Below, piece after piece: positions 9,871-19,094 of a stretch of 64,000 bases of DNA. The notes under the pieces were generated by a model. That model made no database searches, was not told the origin of the DNA, and saw nothing but the letters and a program-made list of their open reading frames with translations. How positions within the stretch are numbered: the first letter of the stretch is position 1; each line of letters opens with the position of its first letter. This DNA comes from Candidatus Latescibacterota bacterium (lineage in GTDB: Bacteria > Latescibacterota > UBA2968 > GCA-2709665): assembly GCA_963667175.2 (NCBI GenBank), contig CAXXXF010000018.1:128001-192000 (forward strand). The letters are read 5' to 3'. The position numbers and the translations under genes were made by a program.

Positions 9871-11679
9871 ATGTTGAAGGCTCGAACGTTGCTCACTCCG
9901 TCAGGAATGATTCCTGTAGCCGGTCTGCTCGTGCTGGCCGCCGTCTTTGCCAACCCGAATTCGGCTCTGGCACAGACGGATGAAGCCTGCCCGCTCCCGC
10001 CGGGCGTGACGCCTCTTGCGGAACCGCGGGTGACGGCGCAGCAGGTGGAAGACGGCAGCGCTACCTTGAGAGAATTCGGGTTGGAAGCGAGAAACCGGTT
10101 CAGCCGAGGGACGGGTTCTCGTGAACGGCAGTTATACGTGGGTTGTCTCATGAGGCAGGATGGGAGCCATTTGCACTCCGGTTCTACTTATCTTGTGCAG
10201 CTGACGCCTGATGGCAGGGTGTTTATTCACGCGAAGAATATGGCGCTGTCGGGCAGGTTGCTCGATCGCGTGATTTATGGCGCGATTCTTCGGGCACTGG
10301 AAATCAACGTGGCCGGTTTGCAGGATGATCCCGTTGCGATAACGGCCGCCTTCATTGAAGCTGCAGGCAGAGACGGCGGCGAGTTCAACATATCTGATAT
10401 CCCGGGGGCTTCAGGTTATGCAGCTGTTTATTTTTCGAAAAACTTCAGATTCCCTATCGTGATGCTTGCCGGATTCGACCTCAACGAATCCCACCTGGTC
10501 AAGGAAGAAATCGACTATGGTATCCCCGCCGTTACCGCGCGTGACGTGGTGGACCGGGAAACTCTAAAGGCCTTTGTTACGCAAGCAGGTGAGGCCCTTC
10601 TCAATCAGCAGAAGGGCGGTGATCTGGCCGCGACTTCGAAAGCCAGGGTGGCGTTTAGAGACCCGGACGGGCCCTGGAGACACGGTTCCGTCTATATTTA
10701 CATTCTGGATCTCACCACCAATATTGTCCTGTTTCACGGTGTATTTCCGGATTTATTCGAACTGCGGCCTCTGGTGGGGATCGCGCGAGACGGCATTACC
10801 GGAGAGCTTATATTGCCACAGGTGTTAGCAGCAGCAATGAGCGGACCGGAAGGCGGATTCGTGGAGTATTTCTATGACGATCCGACGGACGACACGGACA
10901 GCGCCGACGTACCCAAGGTGGGATACGCCCGTCAGTTTACCGGTGAACGGGTGAGAGAAGACGGTACTGCGCTCACCATCAATTTTGTCGTTGGGTCTGG
11001 TTTTTACAGGCGTGCGCCTGATATCGCCGCGACGGGTCCCCGTACAGTCGTTGGGGCCAAGGTCCTGGGCGACGCCGTGGAGGGGTTGGACGTCGAGTTT
11101 TCGCGGGCCATCGCCGGGCGCCCGTCCAGCTACGACTGGAGCGCCGTCACCAATGCCAATGGCGTTTTGGCCCTGACCATCTCCAGCACGGACGGGGTGA
11201 GCGGCTATTACCGCGCCCGCGCCCGTAACGCCGCCGGCGACGTCGTGGGCCAGTGGCACAGCATTCCCCTCAATCGCAATCAACGCCAGATACTGGAACT
11301 GACGCTGGACGGCGGGATGAGGGTCGTACGGGTCGAACCGCTGGCCGCGGGCAAGCTGGCGATCGCGGCCGAGCCGGTGGCGGCGCCCGAGACAGAGGGC
11401 GCATTCAGCGGTCTGGCGCCCAATTCGCCCAACCCGTTCAACAGCGCCACCGTGATCACGTACCACCTGGCCAGCCCCGGCCCTGTGCAATTGGCGATCT
11501 ACAACGTGCTGGGCCAGCCTGTACGGACCCTGGTGGATGCGTCCCAGGCCGCCGGCGCCTACCAGGTTCGGTGGGATGCGCGCGACGAGGGTGGCGCATC
11601 GCTTTCGACTGGCGTCTATATCGCACGGCTAAGCTATCCTGGCGGCGTGCAGACGCAACGACTGCTGTACCTCAAGTAG
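9871..11679 (+). CDS. Secreted tandem Cache-like domain protein with FlgD/T9SS-type CTD (paralog 2)
   Basis: Colinear with paralog 1 over its full length; start set at ATG 9871 (AAAGGA RBS, signal-peptide homology). Confidence 0.75.
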   Translation: MLKARTLLTPSGMIPVAGLLVLAAVFANPNSALAQTDEACPLPPGVTPLAEPRVTAQQVEDGSATLREFGLEARNRFSRGTGSRERQLYVGCLMRQDGSHLHSGSTYLVQLTPDGRVFIHAKNMALSGRLLDRVIYGAILRALEINVAGLQDDPVAITAAFIEAAGRDGGEFNISDIPGASGYAAVYFSKNFRFPIVMLAGFDLNESHLVKEEIDYGIPAVTARDVVDRETLKAFVTQAGEALLNQQKGGDLAATSKARVAFRDPDGPWRHGSVYIYILDLTTNIVLFHGVFPDLFELRPLVGIARDGITGELILPQVLAAAMSGPEGGFVEYFYDDPTDDTDSADVPKVGYARQFTGERVREDGTALTINFVVGSGFYRRAPDIAATGPRTVVGAKVLGDAVEGLDVEFSRAIAGRPSSYDWSAVTNANGVLALTISSTDGVSGYYRARARNAAGDVVGQWHSIPLNRNQRQILELTLDGGMRVVRVEPLAAGKLAIAAEPVAAPETEGAFSGLAPNSPNPFNSATVITYHLASPGPVQLAIYNVLGQPVRTLVDASQAAGAYQVRWDARDEGGASLSTGVYIARLSYPGGVQTQRLLYLK

Positions 11680-11751
11680 CGCCGATCGGAAAGCCGGTCA
11701 GCCAGCCGTGGGCGCGCTTGCGACCTTATCTCAAAGGGGGGGAGAATTGTC

Positions 11752-13608
11752 ATGATGAAGGTTCGAATGCTGTTCACGAAGGCATACGTACATCCCGTTT
11801 TCGGACTGCTCGCACTGGCCGCCGTCGTCTTCGTTTCACATCCCGCCCTGGCGGTCTGTCCGCTCCCTGAGGGCGTGACGCATCCCGATAACCCGACTGT
11901 GACGGCGCTGCAGGTGGAAGACGGAAGCGCTACCGTTGAGGAGTTCGCGCTGGCCGTGAGAGAGCGGTCCAGAGAATATGCCCGGGGATCGGCGACCGCC
12001 GAGCAAGGGGTATACATCGGATGCATCATCAGGGAGGACGACGGGATCTGGCGTTCCGGATCCACGTACATCGTGAGCCTGACGCTCGACGGCAGAGTGT
12101 ACATTCACGCGAAGAACATGGCATTGTCCGGCAGGCTGCTCAACCCGTTGATTTATGGATCAATCCTTTCCGCGCTGGGCGTACCCGTGACCACCCTGAC
12201 CGATATGGCGTCGCCCGACCCTGCCACCTCCGCTCAGGCTTTCGGCGCCGTAATTGCTAAGTTGTCGCAGGAACCGGACGGCGCATTCGACGCGACCACG
12301 CCGATTCCAGGTCTGTCACCGGGTATACCGGGCGCTACGGGCCATGCCGCCGTCTACGTCTCGCCGAATTTGGGGTCTCCGATTGTGCTGCTGATGGGAT
12401 TCGATCTCGACGAATCTCATGTGGTTGAAGAAGAGATCGATCACGGCGACCCTGCCATCACCGCCAGAGACGTGGTGGATCGGGAAAGCTTGAAGGCCTT
12501 CGTCACGCAAGCGGGGAATTTCGTGCTGGAATTCCTGAGTTCCGGCGACGTAGCCGCCAGCTCGAAATTCAGGATCGCCCTGCGGGACCCCGACGGGCCC
12601 TGGAGACACGGTTCCGTGTATCTCTACATCCTGGATATCGCGAGTGACGTCATCCTGTTTCACGCGGTGTTTCCGGACAAATACGAGTATCGGCCGATGA
12701 TACCGACCGTCCTCGACGCCGTGACCGGAGAGTTCATCCTGCCGCGGGTCATCGAGGCGGCGAAAGGCAGCCCCGAAGGCGGCTTTATAGAGTATCATTT
12801 CGACGATCCGACGGACGACACCGACCGCGCCGACGTCCCCAAGGTGGGCTACGCCCGCAAATTCGCCGCGGAAATCCGGAGGCCGGACGGAAGCACAGTC
12901 CCGGCTGACTTCATCATCGGTTCGGGCTTTTACGGTCGGGCAGCCGACATCGCGACCGGTCCCAGCACGGTCGTGGAGGCCACGGTGATGGGCGACGCGG
13001 TCGAGGGGTTGGACGTGGAATTTGCGCGGGCCGTCTCCGGCCGTCAGTCCGACTACGCGTGGCGTACCGTCACCGATGCTGCCGGCCTGTTTACCCTGAC
13101 CATTGCCAGCCAGGACGGGGTGAGGGGATATTATCGGGCTCGCGCCACCAGCGCCGACGGCGAGGTCGTGGGCCGGTGGAGCAGCATACCTCTCAATGAA
13201 GGCCGCCGCCAGGTTCTGGAATTGACGCTGGGCGGCGGCGCGCGGGTCGTCCTTGTCGCGTCGCTGGCTTCCTCCGCCGAAGAGCCGGTAGCGGCGTCCA
13301 AGCCCGCGTTCGCGTCAGAGGCAGTGCCGGAAGCCAGCGGTCTGTCGCCCAATTCGCCCAATCCGTTCAACAGCGCCACGCTGATCACCTACCACCTGGC
13401 CACTCCGGGTCCGGTGCGGCTGGTAATTTACAACGTGCTGGGTCAGCCCGTACGGACGCTGGTGGACGGATCCCGTGCGGCGGGCAGCTACCAGGTGAAG
13501 TGGGACGCGCGCGACGAGGGGGGCGTGTTGCTGTCCACAGGGGTCTACATCGCGCGCCTGAGCTATCCTGGCGGGTCGCAGACCCAGCGGCTGCTCTACC
13601 TCAAGTAG
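11752..13608 (+). CDS. Secreted tandem Cache-like domain protein with FlgD/T9SS-type CTD (paralog 3)
   Basis: Colinear with paralogs 1 and 2; 3' end nearly identical in DNA to paralog 1. Confidence 0.75.
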   Translation: MMKVRMLFTKAYVHPVFGLLALAAVVFVSHPALAVCPLPEGVTHPDNPTVTALQVEDGSATVEEFALAVRERSREYARGSATAEQGVYIGCIIREDDGIWRSGSTYIVSLTLDGRVYIHAKNMALSGRLLNPLIYGSILSALGVPVTTLTDMASPDPATSAQAFGAVIAKLSQEPDGAFDATTPIPGLSPGIPGATGHAAVYVSPNLGSPIVLLMGFDLDESHVVEEEIDHGDPAITARDVVDRESLKAFVTQAGNFVLEFLSSGDVAASSKFRIALRDPDGPWRHGSVYLYILDIASDVILFHAVFPDKYEYRPMIPTVLDAVTGEFILPRVIEAAKGSPEGGFIEYHFDDPTDDTDRADVPKVGYARKFAAEIRRPDGSTVPADFIIGSGFYGRAADIATGPSTVVEATVMGDAVEGLDVEFARAVSGRQSDYAWRTVTDAAGLFTLTIASQDGVRGYYRARATSADGEVVGRWSSIPLNEGRRQVLELTLGGGARVVLVASLASSAEEPVAASKPAFASEAVPEASGLSPNSPNPFNSATLITYHLATPGPVRLVIYNVLGQPVRTLVDGSRAAGSYQVKWDARDEGGVLLSTGVYIARLSYPGGSQTQRLLYLK

Positions 13609-13639
13609 CGAGAAACGGTTGCGCAGGACGCGTTCGCCT

Positions 13640-13711
13640 GAGAACCCGTCTGGAAATACCCGTTACGCCTTGACCACGAGGCTCGCGGGGTTTTCAGACG
13701 GGTTCTCTTTT
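13640..13711 (+). terminator. Long hairpin / terminator-like element after paralog 3
   Basis: gagaacccgtctg...cagacgggttctc arms followed by TTTT. Confidence 0.6.
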
Positions 13712-13890
13712 CGAATCAGGGAGTTCGGCAGCTTCTTCTTCCGCTAACTGACAGTTCATGGTACATTGCGAACCTCGTCCGCGTGGGATTGGGTTTGACT
13801 TTTCTCATTTCGGGTTGCCCTCTGACATTCAGACGCGCCGGCTTGCGGCGATGGCCGCGTCGCACAGCATCAGTTCCTCAGGAGACTCCA

Positions 13891-14957
13891 ATGGGTGATC
13901 CGGTGGTTCTGCTCCGTGATGGAGGGGTGAAATTTCATGTGTTTCGGGGAAGCCCCACAGAGATGGGCAGCGCTCACGGTTCTCTGGATCCGGCCTTCGT
14001 GCGCACGCGGCTCGTCGAATGGTTGACGTGGCCTCATGATTTCGATCATCCTTACTTTCGGAAGAACATGGCGTTCATGCGACGAGAGTTTCCGGACTTT
14101 ATGGAACGGATGCAGGCGTACGGCGCGGCGGCGGGCATCACTTCTGCGTGGTTCACACGTCTGTCAACAACGCCGGTCTGCTGACAGGATGGGCGTCGGG
14201 GGCGCCCAAGTTTCACTGGCCCGACAATCCGGAACACGTCAATCTCTTTCAGATCACGGGGCTCGTGCCCCAGCATTGCGGCGACTGCGAGGACGTCCGG
14301 CGCTTTCTCACCGAATACCGGATTTCCGGCCTTAACAGCCCATTGAAAAAGTCCATCCGGGCTGCGTCCGGCCCCTATGGCCGAAATACGGCGTTGCCTG
14401 CCTGCAGCAGGCAGGCGCTCCCTCCCCGAATCCAGGGATTCGCGTCGGTCGCGCGTCTTGTCTTCGGCCACAATGACTCGGCCTCGCCTGCAGAGCGACT
14501 TTTTCAACGGACCGTTAAGGGCCTGACAGGTACTGCCGTGGACGCCCGGGGGAATATCCTGGGGTTCGAACTCGAATCGGGAAATATCGCGTTTCGCGAG
14601 CCCGAAGACGACGTGGTGCTGGAGGTGAACCACTGGCAGCACCCGCATTTGCAGCGCCCCGCCCGGGAACGTCAACCGGAATTCTGGACGAGCCCGTATT
14701 TCTACAACTCTCAGAATCGCGTGCAGTACGTGGATTATCATCGGGAGACCTTCAAGCAGATGCGCACCATGGAAGACCTGATCGACTTTTCGTTCGACGT
14801 GCACGCTCCCGGGCGAATCCTGCAGATGCCCGGCGCCAGCATCGCGGACTGGATGACGTCGCATGCGATCTTCCTGACCGCCGCCGACCGGAGAATGCGC
14901 GTACACCCGTTCCCGCTCGCCAAAGACAGGTACACGGAAGTCGCCTATCGCGAGTGA
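13891..14957 (+). pseudogene. C45-family (acyl-CoA:6-APA acyltransferase-like Ntn hydrolase) gene with internal deletion, frameshift and MITE insertion
   Basis: N-part FRGSPTEMGSAHG...FPDFMERMQAYGAAAG in one frame; C-part SVNNAGLL...DARGNILGFEL...EVNHW in another; the segment expected to carry the nucleophile is missing at about 14145. Confidence 0.6.
14332..14518. mobile_element. MITE (179 bp) with terminal inverted repeats and TTAA target duplication, inserted in frame
   Basis: TTAA-cagcccattgaaaaagtc ... gactttttcaacggaccg-TTAA; TTAA at 14332 and 14515; removal restores ISG-LK-GLTG. Confidence 0.85.
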
Positions 14958-15055
14958 CCGGAAATCCGCTGCCATCGGGGCCTTCCCGCTCCTGAAATCC
15001 TGAATCCGGGGTCCGCCTTCAGGAAGGTGGAAGCCCAGAACCGGAGCCTTTCAAC

Positions 15056-15929
15056 ATGCGTGAGATCCGACGCCTCGCCCACCTGCATATTCCGGAAGAT
15101 TGGGAACCGGATGAAATCGTCCCTGAAGTCCGGAAATTGGGCTTCACGGACCTGTATTTCTTCGTGAACAAGGTGGAATCCGGCGTCGATATCGGGGGCC
15201 TTCGGCTGTCGACGGCGATGGAGGTGGGGAGGCTGGCCGAAAAAGAGGGGATGGGTGTGCTCGTGAATACGGGGTATATGAAATATCGCGAGCAGGTCGT
15301 GCTTGCCCATCCGGAGCGGCGGATGGTGCTCAGAGACGACGGCACGGGGGACCGGCGCCGGGAAACCCGCTCGGGTCGGTCGCGTCGAAGGGGAGGTGTG
15401 GGCGACCCTCGTGGATGCCGATGGCCGCGACACGGGCGCGCCCGGCCTGGTGTCGAGTCTCGTGGGTGATGGCAGATACGTCTATCTGGCGGGCGACCCC
15501 GTGGTCCATCACCGCGAACCCGGGTACGAGCCCCTGGTCATGCTTCCCAACCAGACTCGACGGTTGATCGGAAATGTGATCAGACTCCTGGCGAGCAGCC
15601 CGCCCTGGATCGAAGTGGAGGATTTTCCGCCGGTAACGGCGTACCAGCGCCTTCGGAACTGGGACCGGCGCGGGATCAATACGTTTCAGTTCCTCCCCCA
15701 GGCGGGTCCACGCTACGCGATCTCAATTCTCGCGTCCTACGTCGGCGCGGAGGCGACCGTTCCGATCCGGTTCCGAATTCCCGCCGGAAAACGGCTTTCG
15801 CGGATCTTCAACGGTCTGACGGACGAATCCTATATGGCGGAAGCGTCGGTCGATTCGGAATCGGTCCGATATCGTCTCAGGATCACCCACGCGGACGGCG
15901 TCATCCCCGTGGTGGTGGAATGGGTGTGA
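15056..15929 (+). pseudogene. Internally deleted, frameshifted gene, possibly glycoside hydrolase-like (TIM-barrel N-part joined to a trimerisation-domain-like C-part)
   Basis: MREIRRLAHL...VRKLGFTDLYFFV...VVLAHPE breaks at about 15370 into a different frame (EGEVWATL...GAPGLVSSLVGDGRYVYLAG). Confidence 0.45.
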
Positions 15930-15961
15930 CACGGTTTCGAAGTGAAGAGACTGGATGAGGG

Positions 15962-17926
15962 ATGAACTCCGACCCCGGCTTCCGTGCGCCCAATGAGGAC
16001 GTCAGGGACGGCCTGACGCCGCGAGCCTTGCTGATCGGCCTTGCCTTGTGCGTGTTTCTGGGGCTGGTTCTGCCCTACAACCGCATGGTGATCCAGGGCC
16101 GGTGGTTGAACGCCTACTTCATAGACCGCGGCGCGCTGGTGCTCCTGTTCCTTCTGGTTCTGTTCGCCAATCCGCTGATCGCGGCACTGCGGAAACGATC
16201 CGTCCTTCACCGTGGCGAACTGCTGGCCATTTACGCGATGTTTCTGTTTCTGCTGCCCGTCTCGCAAATGGTCAAGCATCTGATCTCGTACCTGACCGGT
16301 GTTACCTATTACGCCTCTCCCGAGCGTCGGGACCTGGAGGCGGTGCTGCCCAATATCGTCTCCTGGACCGCTCCTCGGGACGCCGAGGTCGTCCGGGGTC
16401 TCTACGAGGGGCTGCCCGACGGGGTCCCGCCGCCCTGGGGGGCATGGCTCGTCCCGCTCCTCAGTTGGGGCGCATTTCTGCTGGCGCTCCTCTGGGTGCT
16501 GATCTGCCTGGCGGTTATCATCCGGAAACAGTGGGAGGACCACGAACGGTTCGCATTTCCCATCATGCAGGTCCCCCTTGAGGTGTGCGAGACCCGAAGC
16601 GGCAGGGTGGGACGCCTCTTCAGGAACCGCTTGGCGTGGGCGGGCTTCGCGATTCCGTTCGTGATCGGTTCGATCAACGCGTTGCACCACTACGTCCATA
16701 CGGTCCCCCGGATCGGTCTGGTCCACGACGTCTGGATCTTCGACGGTACGACGCCCTTTCGCCTCAGGCTCCACTTCGCTATTCTGGGGTACTCGTACTT
16801 CGTGAATACGGACGTGAGCCTGAGCATCTGGGTGTTCAACGTCCTCTCCAAGATTGTCCGAGGCGTGCTGGCGGTCCTGGGCGCGGAACGCTACAATGTA
16901 TCGGGCGTCGTGGGCCGGTTCAGTTCCCAGGGACACGCGTCTCTGGCCCTGATGGGCATGGGATACATGATCGTCCTGGCCGCGTACAGCCTGTGGGTGG
17001 GGCGCGAACACCTGCGGCAGGTTGCCGCGAGAGCGATGGGAAGACCATCGGCGGCGAACGACTCAGGCGAAGTGATGTCCTACCGGGCGGCGCTGATCGG
17101 AATTGGAGGAGGAACGCTTTACCTGGGAGGCTGGCTGTATCAGGCCGGGATGTCACCGCCGGTGATCCTGGCGCTGTTCGCCTCATGCTTCGTGGTGTTT
17201 CTGGTGATGGCGCGGATCGTGAGCGAGACCGGATTTGTGACCGCTTACTCGCCCATCAACCCGGCAGAATTCGCCGTTTGCATGGTCGGATCATCCGCTT
17301 TCAGCCCGCCGGGTCTGGTCACGCTGGGGTTCGGCTACGCATGGACGATGACGCGTACGAGCACGCTGATGCCCCGCGCCGCGGGCGCACTCTGGCTGGC
17401 CCGAAGGATACCCCGCACGAAGGGCCTGGTCTGGGCAATGGGTCTTGCCCTGGCCGTGGGGCTGATCACCGCGAGTACGATGACGCTCAAGCTCGGCTAT
17501 GCCCACGGCGGACTCAACCTGGATCGTCACTTTCTGGACTATGCGCGCCTGCCGTTCGATGCGTTCGTGGGCCGACGCATGCTGGAACCGAGTCCGGTCT
17601 TCACCAGAGGGATTCTGTACCTCGGATTGGGGGCCGCCATTGCGGCGCTTCTTGCAGCGATGCGAGCCCGTTTCACGTGGTGGCCGCTGCATCCCGTCGC
17701 GCTTCCCGTCAGCACAATAGCGTATACGGATTACTTCTTTATCAACGTCTTTCTGGCCTGGGGGATCAAGAGCCTGGTGTTGAGGTTCGGAGGCGCCAGG
17801 CTCTACAGGTCGACCCGCCCGTTTTTCATGGGCATCATCCTGGGGGAGGCCGTCTGCACCGGACTCTGGATCGCTGTCGATGCCTTCACCGGAACGGTGT
17901 CGAATATGTTCTTTCCGTACGCGTAA
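15962..17926 (+). CDS. Multi-pass membrane protein, DUF6785/DUF6784-like putative transporter
   Basis: GLTPRALLIG start; PWGAWLVPLLSW; IIRKQWEDHERFAFPI; WWPLHPV...IKSLVLRFGGARLY...PFFMGIILG; many TM helices. Confidence 0.8.
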   Translation: MNSDPGFRAPNEDVRDGLTPRALLIGLALCVFLGLVLPYNRMVIQGRWLNAYFIDRGALVLLFLLVLFANPLIAALRKRSVLHRGELLAIYAMFLFLLPVSQMVKHLISYLTGVTYYASPERRDLEAVLPNIVSWTAPRDAEVVRGLYEGLPDGVPPPWGAWLVPLLSWGAFLLALLWVLICLAVIIRKQWEDHERFAFPIMQVPLEVCETRSGRVGRLFRNRLAWAGFAIPFVIGSINALHHYVHTVPRIGLVHDVWIFDGTTPFRLRLHFAILGYSYFVNTDVSLSIWVFNVLSKIVRGVLAVLGAERYNVSGVVGRFSSQGHASLALMGMGYMIVLAAYSLWVGREHLRQVAARAMGRPSAANDSGEVMSYRAALIGIGGGTLYLGGWLYQAGMSPPVILALFASCFVVFLVMARIVSETGFVTAYSPINPAEFAVCMVGSSAFSPPGLVTLGFGYAWTMTRTSTLMPRAAGALWLARRIPRTKGLVWAMGLALAVGLITASTMTLKLGYAHGGLNLDRHFLDYARLPFDAFVGRRMLEPSPVFTRGILYLGLGAAIAALLAAMRARFTWWPLHPVALPVSTIAYTDYFFINVFLAWGIKSLVLRFGGARLYRSTRPFFMGIILGEAVCTGLWIAVDAFTGTVSNMFFPYA

Positions 17927-17933
17927 AGCGACA

Positions 17934-18220
17934 CCGGTGAGACCTAAGACGGGAGTTGACGTCCCTGCCCGGTTGGTTCTGCCTTTACGCCTCCGGCAAG
18001 AAATGAAGCCTCACGGGGCAATAAAACCGGTGAGACGTGAGCCGTTAGACGGTAGAGGAAGACGTTACCACAATGTCTTCACATTAACCGTGCCTGTTTT
18101 TTTACTGTTATCGTAACGACAAAAAAAACTATCGGTCACTGGTATCATCTCACGTCTCCCGTCTAACGTCTACCCGCTCTTCAGGCGCTCATTTCGTCTA
18201 CCGTCTCCCCTCTCACCGCC
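17934..18220. repeat. Nested inverted-repeat element with heptamer-like arms; core homologous to 39149-39297
   Basis: ggtgagacgtgagccgttagacggtagagg ... tctcacgtctcccgtctaacgtctacc; outer arms at 17934 and about 18195-18220. Confidence 0.7.
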
Positions 18221-18270
18221 TTTAGCTGATCGCTGTCTTTTGGCGACCGGACCACGGAACGGAGGGAAAA

Positions 18271-19041
18271 ATGAACTCAGATGAAACCGCGGAACCGGGC
18301 AGCGGCGGGACACCCGCTGTCGAACTGAACCAGACGTGGGACATGGGCCGCCTGGTGGACCTGACCTGCGATTACTTCAATGGCATGCCCGTGGATATGA
18401 CAGGCACATTGCCGTCGTTCCGGATGCGTGAACTGGACGAGGAGATGGAGGCCCTCTGCAGGGGTCGCGAGTACCGCAGTTACACCCAGGAAGTCCGGAT
18501 GTGCGTGCAGGCCGGCAACTATCTGGAAACGGGAGCGCACCTCTATCCCGATATGGAGTCGGTGGCCGACGTCGGCCTGGAACGGCTGTTTGTATCCGCC
18601 GTCGTCATGCATATCCCCAGAGGAAGGGACGTAAAGGTAACCGGCGCCGACCTGGACGGCGCACTGGCGGCCCTCGGCGAGACGGTCCAACCGGGGGATG
18701 GGATCCTTGTCGGGACGGGTTACAACCGGTTTGGCAGCAACGACGTTCGCTGCGACCTGACGCCGCACTTCAGCTACGACGCGATCGACTGGGCGGTGAG
18801 TCGAAAGCCTTCGATCCTGGCTTCGGATATGGCCAGTTGGCACGACGGGGAGGAAGAACCCAGTTTCTGGCCAATGCTGATGAGGTCCGGCGTGCTGGTG
18901 ATCGGGTCGCTGTTGAACGTGGCGGAGATCACCGCTTCCCGCATCCGGCTGATTGCCCTTCCGATGAAAATCAGAGGCGCGTGCGCGGCGCCCTGCAGGC
19001 TGATCGCCGTCCTTCCATCGCACAGGGCAGAAACCGACTGA
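18271..19041 (+). CDS. Cyclase (kynurenine formamidase-like) family protein with degenerate metal motif
   Basis: RLVDLT start; GDGILVGTG; LIALPMKIRGACAAPCRLIA end; HxGTHxDxPxH replaced by QAGNYLETGAH. Confidence 0.75.
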   Translation: MNSDETAEPGSGGTPAVELNQTWDMGRLVDLTCDYFNGMPVDMTGTLPSFRMRELDEEMEALCRGREYRSYTQEVRMCVQAGNYLETGAHLYPDMESVADVGLERLFVSAVVMHIPRGRDVKVTGADLDGALAALGETVQPGDGILVGTGYNRFGSNDVRCDLTPHFSYDAIDWAVSRKPSILASDMASWHDGEEEPSFWPMLMRSGVLVIGSLLNVAEITASRIRLIALPMKIRGACAAPCRLIAVLPSHRAETD

Positions 19042-19094
19042 TTCACCGGAAAGCACGGAAACGCGAAGAAACGTCTTCAATCAAGGGGTATGTT

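Noticed and set aside
7721-13608. Diversity-generating retroelement behind the paralog variation
   Set aside because: Differences between near-identical blocks are not adenine-specific, and there is no reverse transcriptase or template repeat in the window
14140-15380. Programmed frameshifting in the two broken genes
   Set aside because: No slippery sequence, and coding sequence appears to be missing at the junctions
18501-19094. N-terminal extension of the 574-aa ORF
   Set aside because: Overlaps the cyclase gene, is Arg/Gly-rich junk, and an RBS with ATG sits at 19095
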